This document shows positions 9,189 to 18,371 of a DNA stretch of 64,000 nucleotides, in pieces; the stretch's first letter is position 1; the number at the start of each line of letters is the position of its first letter. The DNA is taken from sequence record MT028491.1. One strand, 5' to 3'. Made by a program: the position numbers and the translations under genes. The notes beneath the pieces are model-generated. The model did no database searches. It had not been told where the DNA came from and saw only the letters and a program-made list of their open reading frames with translations.

Positions 9189-9281
9189 GTTTATTAACTT
9201 TCTTATAAAATAACTTTTAACTTTTATTAACTATTTCTTATCCACAACATAATATATAGGTTGTTTCACTCAAAAATTTCA

Positions 9282-9326
9282 TATCAAATATGGTCGTATA
9301 TTACTATAATGCTTTTTGTTTGTCAA
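9282..9326 (-). promoter_or_regulatory. gene 32 promoter with conserved start-site motif
   Basis: TTGACA-17nt-TAATAT followed by ACCATATTTGATA. Confidence 0.65.
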
Positions 9327-9949
9327 GCATTAAGTTGTTGAATAACTTCACAAATGAGCTTTTTTTGTTCCCCACTGATCGATAAAGATTGAGCATACTT
9401 TTCTAATGCTCTAATAAGGGGTTTGAAATAAAATTCATCGTCGGAATTATCCAACCAGTATCCCGCTAATTTTGGGATACAAACCATAAGAGCCGCAACG
9501 ATTGTATAATCAGTTTCGCCCAACTCCATGGATTGAATGAGAATTGGTATTTGTTGAGTCTCCCTATCGATCTTGATAAGGTGTTTCAACTTAATACCTT
9601 CCTCATTCGAAAGAGCTTTGTTTATGTGATACGCATACGCGCTCGCAATATTCTCCACTCTTAAGACTTTCTTGAAGTTTTCTTCTGAATAGAAGTCTCC
9701 AATGTATTTAGAGAATTTCGACTCCTTTAAAAAGAAATCGAAGTGATTTATCATAAAAAACTGTGTCGCGTTCTCTTCCGTTACAAAGCGATTAGCAAGC
9801 TTCTTAAATCTGCCCCATTCGGTCGTATTTTCCTTTAGCTTACTAGCAGTTTTCAACCGCCCCTTGTATTTGAAAAAATCATAGTTTTCGCGTTCATAAT
9901 GGATAGCGGACGCTAGAAACAATTCTTTAACACGCGACTCTGTAATCAT
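9323..9949 (-). CDS. gp59: helicase loader (T4 gp59-like)
   Basis: A.AIHY..ENYDFFKYKGR...F.KLA..F; lies between gp33 and gp32 as in T4. Confidence 0.88.
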   Translation of the reverse strand: MITESRVKELFLASAIHYERENYDFFKYKGRLKTASKLKENTTEWGRFKKLANRFVTEENATQFFMINHFDFFLKESKFSKYIGDFYSEENFKKVLRVENIASAYAYHINKALSNEEGIKLKHLIKIDRETQQIPILIQSMELGETDYTIVAALMVCIPKLAGYWLDNSDDEFYFKPLIRALEKYAQSLSISGEQKKLICEVIQQLNA

Positions 9950-10180
9950 TTAATAAAAAACTGATATCTCTTCATTTTCTGTTTTTGCCAGAAGGTTCAA
10001 GCTTCGTGCCTCAAGTTCCAGAAAGGTGATTAACTTTTCTGTAAGAAGGTTTGCCGCCGCTTCAATTTCAATGCCTCTTCGTTCGGCAACTGTAATAATA
10101 GCATCCATATATTCGGCACCGTCATGAGACATAACTAGAAGAACTTCTTCTGAAAAATCTTCCTTGGTTATGATATTCAT
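9950..10180 (-). CDS. gp33: late transcription coactivator (T4 gp33-like)
   Basis: YMDAII..AE..GIEIE.AA.LL...L...LE.EA..LNLL; T4 synteny. Confidence 0.88.
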   Translation of the reverse strand: MNIITKEDFSEEVLLVMSHDGAEYMDAIITVAERRGIEIEAAANLLTEKLITFLELEARSLNLLAKTENEEISVFY

Positions 10181-10345
10181 TTATCCTGCCATATTCACCG
10201 TCGAAACGATGATTACGTTCTGGTTCTTGTCATTCACTGTATATGAGGCTGTAAAGGGGATTTTCTTGGTCTTAAGGGCATCCATGCACTTATCCAAAAG
10301 GTCCATTTCAGTTTCTTCATTTACGCGGAATACAAACTTCTTCAT
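10181..10345 (-). CDS. hypothetical protein (54 aa)
   Basis: Translated by hand (MKKFVFRVKDEETEMDLLDKC...); SD GGAG; first gene after the promoter at 10382-10427. Confidence 0.5.
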   Translation of the reverse strand: MKKFVFRVNEETEMDLLDKCMDALKTKKIPFTASYTVNDKNQNVIIVSTVNMAG

Positions 10346-10381
10346 ATAATATTTACTCCATAAAACTCATAATAAAATTAG

Positions 10382-10427
10382 TATCAAAATATGGTGTTAT
10401 CTTAGCATTATGATTTGCTTTTGTCAA
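10382..10427 (-). promoter_or_regulatory. promoter of the gp33-gp59 unit with conserved start-site motif
   Basis: TTGACA-17nt-TAAGAT followed by ACCATATTTTGATA. Confidence 0.65.
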
Positions 10428-10468
10428 TATGTGGATAGAGAAAAACCCTATCCACATATGCATTTCGC

Positions 10469-11254
10469 TTAAGATTTTGCTAGTGCTTCGAACCATGCAC
10501 GGACGAAACCGCTTCTAACGATGTCTTCCGGCTGGAAATCCACAATGCCGAATTCCTGCATTTTTCCAGCAATCTTAACGAAGTCCTGAAATCCAGACTG
10601 ATCGTTCTTTTTGATAAGATCGGTCTGTCTGAAATCACCAGCCAAAATGATTCGGCTGTTTTGTCCAAGTCTGGAAATTACGGTTGAAATTTCCGTAAAA
10701 TTACAGTTTTGGATTTCATCAAAAATGATGATTGCGTCATTGAAGGTTAAGCCTCTAAGGAATGACGTTGACATAAATTCAATGTATCCCTTTTTCTCTA
10801 ATAGAGCGAAGGCATCACCCCCACCCATAACTTCACCAAAAATATTTCGGTAAATCTGTTTATATGGTTCTTCTTTTTCCCCTACGCTTCCGGGTGTAAA
10901 ACCCATATCACGCGACTGGACGGCTGATCTAACGATAATGATCTTATTAATTCCTGCCGATTTATCCATGAGCTTTTGAAGAGCTAGATAAGAGGCTAGG
11001 AACGTCTTTCCTGTACCGGCACAACCTAGCAATGCTAGATTTTTATTCTCTTTCTGGAATAGAGTGAATGCCTTGGATTGACTTCTGGTAATTGGCTTGA
11101 TGTCTTTTACATCAAGATTGTCAAGTGCTACAGTTGTCGTTTTATTTCTTTCTGCCCTTGCCTTAGCTTTTTGTTCTAATTTTTTACCGCGTTTGTTAGG
11201 GCGCTTGCCAGTTTGTTCGAAAAATCCATCATCAACAGATTGGTAGTTTCTCAT
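10469..11254 (-). CDS. phoH: PhoH family ATPase
   Basis: Walker A GCAGTGKT, IIIVRSAV, EFMSTSFLRGLTF, DEIQN, SRLGQNSRIILAGDFRQTDL. Confidence 0.96.
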   Translation of the reverse strand: MRNYQSVDDGFFEQTGKRPNKRGKKLEQKAKARAERNKTTTVALDNLDVKDIKPITRSQSKAFTLFQKENKNLALLGCAGTGKTFLASYLALQKLMDKSAGINKIIIVRSAVQSRDMGFTPGSVGEKEEPYKQIYRNIFGEVMGGGDAFALLEKKGYIEFMSTSFLRGLTFNDAIIIFDEIQNCNFTEISTVISRLGQNSRIILAGDFRQTDLIKKNDQSGFQDFVKIAGKMQEFGIVDFQPEDIVRSGFVRAWFEALAKS

Positions 11255-11267
11255 TGGGACTCCAGAA

Positions 11268-11519
11268 TTACAGACTTCCGATATTGCCCGAATCGATGGT
11301 CGATCCCGGATTCTGCTTCTTAATTTGTTTTAAAACGTCTCTGAAACCGGGTGGAACCTTATTAGTTAGGTTATGGTTATCGTAAATAAATCCCGGTGCA
11401 CTTACGATAAGTTGAATGATATGTGGATTTTGTTCTAGAAATTCTTCTCTAGCAGCAATCGACATATATTCGTCAAATTCCTCGCCTGTTTCAGTATTCT
11501 TAAATGTATATTTTGGCAT
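11268..11519 (-). CDS. FmdB-like regulatory protein
   Basis: MPKYTFKNTETGEEFD..MS...E.FL..NPHI.Q, a typical T4-like FmdB family sequence; adjacent to phoH. Confidence 0.75.
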   Translation of the reverse strand: MPKYTFKNTETGEEFDEYMSIAAREEFLEQNPHIIQLIVSAPGFIYDNHNLTNKVPPGFRDVLKQIKKQNPGSTIDSGNIGSL

Positions 11520-12169
11520 TAATGCATTGCGTCCTTAAAATTCACATTAAGTATAGATAGCTCACCTTGTTCAAACTCTGTTGTCTGTTTGGTGATATTA
11601 CAAAATAGACGTGCATAGTGAAGTTTATGTTTGTGAAATACAGTTCCTATACAAACAACATCATTCAAAACGAATGGTAAATCCTTTGCCCTCTTTACGC
11701 TAATTTTATCATGTGGTGTCTGTATAATAAAACGATCTGGTGTCGTTGTGACAACCTTGCCGTATATTGGATAAACCAGATGATCTAGGTAAGGAATATT
11801 TTTTGGAGTAGCGAATGATTTAAAGTGAGAATTGATGTCGGTTAATGTAACTTCTTCCAAATAGTTTGCGAATGTACCAAAGCTAGGTATTAAGCTAGTT
11901 AGATAAAACGGCAGTTTTGGTGAAGTATAGAAGCCGATTTTTTCAGATATATAACCTCCATCTTGTAGTCTAAAAATGTCTTGCGTGTTGACTAATATTT
12001 TATTTTGTTTTTTATCGACAACAACCACATGGTTTCGTCTATATTCAGAAGCAATAAATTCTTCTAATGAATCATTTTCCGCAAAGTTCTTTTCGACTAC
12101 AAAGCCATCTTTTTTATAATTAAAACTCAAATATATTTTGATGTCTTTGTGATATAGAGCCATAGCCAA
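11519..12169 (-). CDS. hypothetical protein
   Basis: 216 aa AT-rich ORF, no family recognised. Confidence 0.55.
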   Translation of the reverse strand: MAMALYHKDIKIYLSFNYKKDGFVVEKNFAENDSLEEFIASEYRRNHVVVVDKKQNKILVNTQDIFRLQDGGYISEKIGFYTSPKLPFYLTSLIPSFGTFANYLEEVTLTDINSHFKSFATPKNIPYLDHLVYPIYGKVVTTTPDRFIIQTPHDKISVKRAKDLPFVLNDVVCIGTVFHKHKLHYARLFCNITKQTTEFEQGELSILNVNFKDAMH

Positions 12170-12217
12170 CCTTTCTTATACTATTATGTATAACTTTTGG
12201 TTGGCTATTATTGCCCT

Positions 12218-12652
12218 TTACTTCCAAGTTTTTGTTAGTTCTGGAAATGCTTCGCTAACAATTTCAACATCGATTCTATCATAAGGAATTTCTTTATCCT
12301 TGATTGCTCCATAAACAATAGCAGCATCTTTAGGATGAATCGATTCGAGAATTTCCTTATAAATTTGGATACGATCACCTTTCGCCGCATCTGGATATGG
12401 CGTTAGATTGGTAAGATAGATCAGCTTGCGAACCTTGTTATAAAGTCGCTTTGCAGATGCACTTTCCGCATCCTTAGTGGATTTGAATTCCGGTAGATCG
12501 GTCAAAATCCACTTAATATTGGGATTGTAAACATAATCGAGTAAGAGCCTTAGCTGTTCCGAATCATTTGCCTGTAGGACTTCTACACGCTTCTTTTTAG
12601 CTCTGGTTGCTTCAATTTCCTCGAAAATTTCATAAATTGGTTTATTACTCAT
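12218..12652 (-). CDS. conserved T4-like hypothetical protein
   Basis: IYEIFEEI...K..RVEVLQ.NDS..LR.LL...YNP.I.W..., LES.HP.DA; a type usually found next to rnh. Confidence 0.65.
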   Translation of the reverse strand: MSNKPIYEIFEEIEATRAKKKRVEVLQANDSEQLRLLLDYVYNPNIKWILTDLPEFKSTKDAESASAKRLYNKVRKLIYLTNLTPYPDAAKGDRIQIYKEILESIHPKDAAIVYGAIKDKEIPYDRIDVEIVSEAFPELTKTWK

Positions 12653-13461
12653 GCTACCTCAAATATAGTGCTTTCCGCACTCTGTCTTTCATAAACATCA
12701 AGAATATCATCCTTGATGTCATTTGGGATATAGCGAAGATCGATCAACATTCGATTTAGCTCATACCCCTTCTTCACATCGGGAAATTCTTCACCGATGA
12801 ATTCATTATTAGCGTCAAACAGCTTTTTAACTACCTTAGAATTAAGTTTCCATTGTCTAACGTCTTGAAGGATCATACCGCCACCATAGTTCAAAATAGA
12901 TGGAATTCCATCCGTCTTGTCACCCTTCATAATATGCTTATGAAGATCATAGGAATCATCTGGTTCAATCCACTTTTTCTTTTGTGGAGACATGATCTTT
13001 AGATTAGGGACGTAATCAAATAGCTGGCGAAAATCCTTATCGCTGGAAATGATAGTGATATCTCTTTGACCGGCAAAATGGATAGCGATTGTTCCAATCA
13101 CATCATCAGCTTCGGCATCAGACACATAGATCGGTTTGAATCCATACTGACTTTGTAGGATAGGAAACGCTCCATCGATTACGGCATGGATTTGTTTCCA
13201 TTCCATCGAATCATGATCGCGTGTCGATTTGTATTGGGGAAGATATTCATAGCGCCATGGCCTACGGCCTTCTCTAGCAATGAGAACTTCATCACCACGC
13301 ATATAACCAGATTTTTCCAGATATTTATAAACGTAAGAGACTGCGCTATTTCGTGTACTGATATAGGGAACCTTATTTTCTTTATCTTTACGGCTCTTCA
13401 TAACACCGAAGGCCAATTGTACGACCAAAGAATTAAGGTCTACAATGAACAAATTTTTCAT
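12649..13461 (-). CDS. rnh: RNase H / 5'-3' exonuclease (T4 Rnh, FEN family)
   Basis: DLNS, EADDVIG, SSDKDFRQL, GDKTDGIP. Confidence 0.93.
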   Translation of the reverse strand: MKNLFIVDLNSLVVQLAFGVMKSRKDKENKVPYISTRNSAVSYVYKYLEKSGYMRGDEVLIAREGRRPWRYEYLPQYKSTRDHDSMEWKQIHAVIDGAFPILQSQYGFKPIYVSDAEADDVIGTIAIHFAGQRDITIISSDKDFRQLFDYVPNLKIMSPQKKKWIEPDDSYDLHKHIMKGDKTDGIPSILNYGGGMILQDVRQWKLNSKVVKKLFDANNEFIGEEFPDVKKGYELNRMLIDLRYIPNDIKDDILDVYERQSAESTIFEVA

Positions 13462-13505
13462 AATATCCTTTGAACATCACCTTAAAATAAATGGCGATGA
13501 CTGCA

Positions 13506-13703
13506 TTAACAATATGTTTGTTTATAGCATAAGTAAGAGGTAAAAATCAACCTTAAAATGTCAAAAAGAGGCTTTTGCCCTTTACGAGAATAAGCCCCTT
13601 TTCCTTTTTTCATCTTGACAATTCGCTTTCGTCTAAAAAGCAAATTGTTTGTTAGTTCCTTGGCAACTGGATTGCCCTTTTTAGGTTTTTCCACTTCTTT
13701 CAA
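13506..13703 (-). CDS. arfA: ArfA-like alternative ribosome-rescue factor
   Basis: LFRRKRIVKMKKGKGAYSRKG aligns with E. coli ArfA [20 protein letters not shown]; TTG start with SD GGAG; hydrophobic C-terminal tail. Confidence 0.75.
   Translation of the reverse strand: MKEVEKPKKGNPVAKELTNNLLFRRKRIVKMKKGKGAYSRKGQKPLFDILRLIFTSYLCYKQTYC
13563..13583 (-). terminator. terminator-like hairpin inside the arfA-like ORF
   Basis: The - strand reads AAAGGGC-AAAA-GCCTCTTTTT; the 3' arm GCCTCTTTTT matches the phage's own terminators; the stem is short or bulged. Confidence 0.5.
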
Positions 13704-13839
13704 GATAATGACTCCATAGATAAAGAATTGTTTCTAATGCATTTCCAACCTTAATTTCATACTCATTGATAAACAATCCATAATATTTATCAATGATGGA
13801 TCAGTTTCAAAAATCAACGTCTGGATAATGTTTTATCCA

Positions 13840-14520
13840 TTAGTCAAAGTTTTCCAACATTCCCAATGCCAATCTCGCACATACTCTATCGATATTCGAT
13901 TCGATTGTATAATAAACAGATTTATCTCCTGCAATAACAGATAGCACTCGCTGATATACCCTAGACAATCCGACTGTGCGATCTTTATTGACAACCAATT
14001 CGGAACATATTGTCACATAGAATTTAGAACCATCTGGCGAAGCATTAATATAATCAAGAAATTCATCCATTGGATCGGTTGCAAAATTGATCGAAAAATC
14101 CATAGGATATTGCATCTTAGGAGATACGTTATCGCGTGAAATTTCTTCCGGCGATACTGAGATAAAATTGCTTTCGTCTATCAGGTATTCTTTCCCCACC
14201 AACCCCGTTGAGAAAATAGATACTTTGCCTTGGAAATTTTGAATTTGTTCCGGCAGATTAGTGATTAGACGATTGTAGTTGGTGCTACGATCCCTTTGCG
14301 GGATAATAAGATCGCGCCAAAAATCATCAAAAAAATGGTCAACCTTCACATCATTAACGAAGATTGCCAATTCTTTAGTTGTCTTGTTTTTTCCATGATC
14401 ACGCACAAAACTAATGGCAGTGACAGGATTGAACATTGAAGCTGGTCTTTTTTCATGTGTCTCATAATAGACAAAATCTTTTGGAAGGCCAAAATGAGAG
14501 ATAACAATATCTTTATGCAA
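13840..14520 (-). CDS. hypothetical protein
   Basis: 226 aa ORF with a promoter directly upstream; no family recognised. Confidence 0.6.
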   Translation of the reverse strand: MHKDIVISHFGLPKDFVYYETHEKRPASMFNPVTAISFVRDHGKNKTTKELAIFVNDVKVDHFFDDFWRDLIIPQRDRSTNYNRLITNLPEQIQNFQGKVSIFSTGLVGKEYLIDESNFISVSPEEISRDNVSPKMQYPMDFSINFATDPMDEFLDYINASPDGSKFYVTICSELVVNKDRTVGLSRVYQRVLSVIAGDKSVYYTIESNIDRVCARLALGMLENFD

Positions 14521-14556
14521 TGATAAAACTCCAAATCAAAACTTTAAGTTAATCGA

Positions 14557-14612
14557 AACGTATATGAATGTGTAAAGAATGTCAAAAAGAAAATGGGGCC
14601 GAAGCCCCATTT
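14557..14612 (-). promoter_or_regulatory. terminator immediately followed by a promoter
   Basis: ATGGGGC-TTCG-GCCCCAT-TTTCTTT runs into TTGACA-17nt-TACGTT. Confidence 0.7.
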
Positions 14613-14615
14613 GTT

Positions 14616-14897
14616 TTAGAATGCCTCAATATTATCAATGACATCCTGAAAAGGATATTCCAGCCCGACTCCGCGTGTAAATGCCGATAACATAGTTTCG
14701 CGCATCATAAACAATTCGTTATCGATTGCAGCCACATCAACATTGTGTATCTGCATTGCAGCCATTACACTACCCATCAAGATATCAGCAACTTTTTCGA
14801 ATTCGCTGATACCTTCAAACTGACCTGTAATCATCGTGGTTTCGTTGATGATAGGTCCAACAACTTTTGGTTGGAATTGAATGATTTCTGCCGACAT
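14616..14897 (-). CDS. conserved hypothetical phage protein
   Basis: MSAEIIQF N-terminus and EYPFQ..ID C-terminus resemble small T4-like conserved ORFs. Confidence 0.6.
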   Translation of the reverse strand: MSAEIIQFQPKVVGPIINETTMITGQFEGISEFEKVADILMGSVMAAMQIHNVDVAAIDNELFMMRETMLSAFTRGVGLEYPFQDVIDNIEAF

Positions 14898-14939
14898 GTT
14901 GTTATCCTCTTCGTATTTTCTGTCTGGTGGTTTCTTTTG

Positions 14940-16022
14940 TTATTCTATACGCAACAACAAGCATTCCGCACTGATACGCCCCACGTCTTGTTGTGCGGGT
15001 TTCGTAGTCAGAGAATCGAAGAGTTTATAAGCCGTCTTTTTAGCAGCACTGGAAATCTTCGGAACATCAAGTTCCGGCTTCCTAACCTTTTTAGAGAAAG
15101 ACTTAGCCGGATCAAATCCAAGCACAGTTGTCCCTTTAACGGTTAGCTTCTCACCATCCTTAGCGGTAAGGTAGAAGAGTTGCCTTGTTTTGGTGTTATA
15201 AACCCATACCACAGAAGCGCCGATAAGCTTTTCTGGTGCAACACTGGAAAGATTCAATTCTTTGCAGTGAGGAAGGAACTTTAAGCCCTTCAAAAGCTTT
15301 TCTACCGAAGGCTTCTTTTTAGCTCGCGGTTTGCGTTGCTTTTTAGCATTGTCTAGACCGGTAGTTGCAGCATCGATAATACCCCTCACGAAGTCGGCAA
15401 AACGCCGCACTTCCACCCTCGACAAATAGGAATATGCTTCCTTAAGGTCTTTGTCTTTATTGACGGACTCTAGTTCGGAAAGCAGTGGACTATACCGTTC
15501 GGAAATAAGTTTCAGTTGCCCGACTGGAACGGTATATAAAGCATAAAGGTCTTTGAATTTAGTATTCGACTTACAGCCGGATTCAATGAACGAATCTATT
15601 TCATCTTCGATTGTTGCTAAGATCGGGATGTGTTCGTTCTTGACCTTTGGCTTATCCTCCTTAGCCTCTTGCTTTGCCGCTTTAACAGCCATGGCAAGTT
15701 CAAACAGTTTCGATTGCTGCCGGTCGAACCACTCTTCTGTGTCTGTCGGCAGAGTGCAATTTAGCAGTTTTAATTTAGAAATCCAGCCTATTGTTGTCGG
15801 AATTTGGTTGTCCGATAAACTTTTTACCCGGCTTAGATTTGGATTTTTTGTTGACTCCAAATATTCAAGCCACCATTCTTTAGAATCAGCATATCCATAG
15901 TGGTGGTTGAAAATGTTGAAAACGGGAGTTACCCATTCAATAGTAGTTCCAGCTTTCGGTATGTCGCCTACATATTTTACCTCTTGCGCCCTTGTGACGT
16001 TTCTAGTGATCTTTTGTGCCAT
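14940..16022 (-). CDS. conserved T4-like hypothetical protein
   Basis: 360 aa; RKPRAKK.PS.EKL.K.LK and KL.GA..VWVYNTK.R.L...LTVKGTT..GFD...S..K.VRKP resemble a widespread T4-like core ORF. Confidence 0.7.
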   Translation of the reverse strand: MAQKITRNVTRAQEVKYVGDIPKAGTTIEWVTPVFNIFNHHYGYADSKEWWLEYLESTKNPNLSRVKSLSDNQIPTTIGWISKLKLLNCTLPTDTEEWFDRQQSKLFELAMAVKAAKQEAKEDKPKVKNEHIPILATIEDEIDSFIESGCKSNTKFKDLYALYTVPVGQLKLISERYSPLLSELESVNKDKDLKEAYSYLSRVEVRRFADFVRGIIDAATTGLDNAKKQRKPRAKKKPSVEKLLKGLKFLPHCKELNLSSVAPEKLIGASVVWVYNTKTRQLFYLTAKDGEKLTVKGTTVLGFDPAKSFSKKVRKPELDVPKISSAAKKTAYKLFDSLTTKPAQQDVGRISAECLLLRIE

Positions 16023-16504
16023 TAATTACCTAACATAGATTCATATACCGTTCTATGATGAAGGTATATGAATTCGAATATTCTCTTTAAAATTCTGATT
16101 GAGTTGCCAGTCAGCAACACATGTTCTTTCTCAAATTGAAGTGTGAAATTCGTAAATCCATTTGTGACCGCGAAATTATACCCGTAATTGAAAAGACGAA
16201 TTTTCCCCAACTCCAACGCACAACTCCCATCCTCGGAAATAACGTATTCCAACTTTATTTCTATATCATCATATGCATCTACATAATCGAAGACAATATG
16301 AATATGCTCTCCAAAAATACCATCGTCAATGTTAATACTAATATAGGGTTTTGTCAACTTCAAAAATCCTATAGGTATCATTATTTCATATATTTCACCA
16401 TTGGCAGACGCCAAAGAAAAATAATATGAGAATTGATCGTTGACGACCTTTCCCCCATTAGCTCTAATTTCTTCAATCAAATCACTAATGTCGTCCATTT
16501 TCAA
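16022..16504 (-). CDS. hypothetical protein
   Basis: Overlapping operon ORF. Confidence 0.55.
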   Translation of the reverse strand: MKMDDISDLIEEIRANGGKVVNDQFSYYFSLASANGEIYEIMIPIGFLKLTKPYISINIDDGIFGEHIHIVFDYVDAYDDIEIKLEYVISEDGSCALELGKIRLFNYGYNFAVTNGFTNFTLQFEKEHVLLTGNSIRILKRIFEFIYLHHRTVYESMLGN

Positions 16505-16961
16505 TTGTCTTTCTGATTAGCTGCATTATCTTTAACATCACAATTTTTTCTTTATCTGTAAGAGCGCAATGTGTATCTGGACCGGATGATGAGCTTATGT
16601 AGAATGCAATTCTCTCTTTTGCCGCATCATAATACCAATATCGTCTTCCTGTGTCATGACGTTCTACCAATTTATAAATTGAACGTTTTGAATCAACAAA
16701 CCAATCAATACTAGTATTGGTATTCAAATTGATTTCGAAACAGAAACCAGCATCACCAAAATTAGTTGAGGCATCAAACTTACAATTAAGGAGTCGTCTC
16801 GGAATGAATAAGTTTACCAAACCAGAAGCGCTTGCAGCCTTTATCAATATGCCATAATCATTAGCGCAATATTCAATTATTTCACAGGTTGGAAATGTTT
16901 CTCTGAAACCATCAATGGTATCCAGTTTGGCGACAAACAATAACAAATTATTCGAAGCCAT
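16485..16961 (-). CDS. hypothetical protein
   Basis: Overlapping operon ORF. Confidence 0.55.
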   Translation of the reverse strand: MASNNLLLFVAKLDTIDGFRETFPTCEIIEYCANDYGILIKAASASGLVNLFIPRRLLNCKFDASTNFGDAGFCFEINLNTNTSIDWFVDSKRSIYKLVERHDTGRRYWYYDAAKERIAFYISSSSGPDTHCALTDKEKIVMLKIMQLIRKTIENGRH

Positions 16962-17436
16962 GACTAAAAAACTCTGGTTTTTCGATATTGAATTTTACAA
17001 AATGAACAATCTTTTTCATGAAATCATTTTCAATACCTTCAAAAAATGGCTTATATTTATATCCATCATCGTTGACAACTAATTCTGCCGAATGTGCATA
17101 AACCCGGTAGTGAATAAAAAAATCATTTTCTTTTTTGTAATAAACGATTTCATTGAAATCTTTTGCTACTCTCAATAAGTTCCCACCTACATTTGGAACA
17201 TATTGAGTAGCAAATTCAAAAATAGATTTATTAATAAATTCTGAGCTTGCGAATCTACCTTTGAACAAATCTTCAAACAGAATTATTCTTTTGCGCATCA
17301 ATTCATCTTGTGCGTGTGATGGAATAATAGACAAAAAAGAGGAATGGTATGCCATGACATTTATGATTGCCAATTCTTCAAAAGAATGACCTTCCAAATA
17401 ATAAGCTAAATCAGATTTAAACTTAATGTTTATCAT
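16948..17436 (-). CDS. hypothetical protein
   Basis: AT-rich operon ORF. Confidence 0.55.
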   Translation of the reverse strand: MINIKFKSDLAYYLEGHSFEELAIINVMAYHSSFLSIIPSHAQDELMRKRIILFEDLFKGRFASSEFINKSIFEFATQYVPNVGGNLLRVAKDFNEIVYYKKENDFFIHYRVYAHSAELVVNDDGYKYKPFFEGIENDFMKKIVHFVKFNIEKPEFFSHGFE

Positions 17437-18371
17437 AATCCCCCTAAAAGCCTATGCCATTTATCCATATTTGTTGAAACGGAATGATGTTTGATAAATC
17501 CCTTATTGTCAAGCTTTTTGTTGAAATCGATAATGGCTTCTTCCAACGCTTGATATGCACTATCAAGAAATTTGTCCATATTTACATCAAAATCAAATTT
17601 ATGAGACAGGTTAGGCCATGCAGTTTCAATCAAGGCTTCTAGATTTGGACAAACAACACGACAACCAGCCATTTGAGCTTCGATAGCTGCAATGCAACTG
17701 GTTTCAGGATAGACACATGGATAAAGAAAGATGTCACTCTCTAAAAGCGCTGATCTAACAATATCATTTGGTTGTGCACCATGATATGTGACATAGGGTA
17801 ATGATTTGAGAATATCGAACATTTGCTGGAATTGTGCGTCTCTCTGATTCCATCCATATACACCAAAAGACGAAAACACATTTAGGTGAAAGTCAATTCC
17901 AGACTTATGAAGTCTTTCAATTAATGGTATGATCAGATGCAAACCGCGATGTGGAGTAGTGTGGTAGATCAAACGAACCTTTCCTGATTCGTTCTTGATT
18001 CGTTTACCAAACGGTCTAACCATATTAGGAATTACGCAAGCTTCATCATAACCGATTCCATATCGATAACGATAGGTAAGAAACTGCATGTTTGAGACAA
18101 ACACCAGCTTTGCAAACTGATCGCGGAAAGCCTTGTCTTGTAATCGTTGTGTTTCTACATCAGTTACATGATCATGAAGCCATAGAATTTGTTTTTTATC
18201 CGGGTCTATCGTGCGCACACGCGAGCATATAATCTGAAACCGATCTTTCAATTCTGGTTTCAGATTAGCCATCAATGTTCTAAATTGTAGTTCTGTACCG
18301 CCATTTGAATTAGGATATGTGCCATTGTAAAGACTCATACCATTGGCATCAATTTGAGTTTTCAATATCAT
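17433..18371 (-). CDS. glycosyltransferase (GT-B, family 1/4-like)
   Basis: GGTE loop, LIYHTTPHRGL, YPETSCIAAIEAQMAGC (E-X7-E). Confidence 0.88.
   Translation of the reverse strand: MILKTQIDANGMSLYNGTYPNSNGGTELQFRTLMANLKPELKDRFQIICSRVRTIDPDKKQILWLHDHVTDVETQRLQDKAFRDQFAKLVFVSNMQFLTYRYRYGIGYDEACVIPNMVRPFGKRIKNESGKVRLIYHTTPHRGLHLIIPLIERLHKSGIDFHLNVFSSFGVYGWNQRDAQFQQMFDILKSLPYVTYHGAQPNDIVRSALLESDIFLYPCVYPETSCIAAIEAQMAGCRVVCPNLEALIETAWPNLSHKFDFDVNMDKFLDSAYQALEEAIIDFNKKLDNKGFIKHHSVSTNMDKWHRLLGGL

Noticed and set aside
13784-13791. GATAAATA late-promoter-like box upstream of the arfA-like gene; others near 210 and 6430
   Set aside because: ATAAATA is expected many times by chance in an AT-rich genome, so it is not supportable without TSS data
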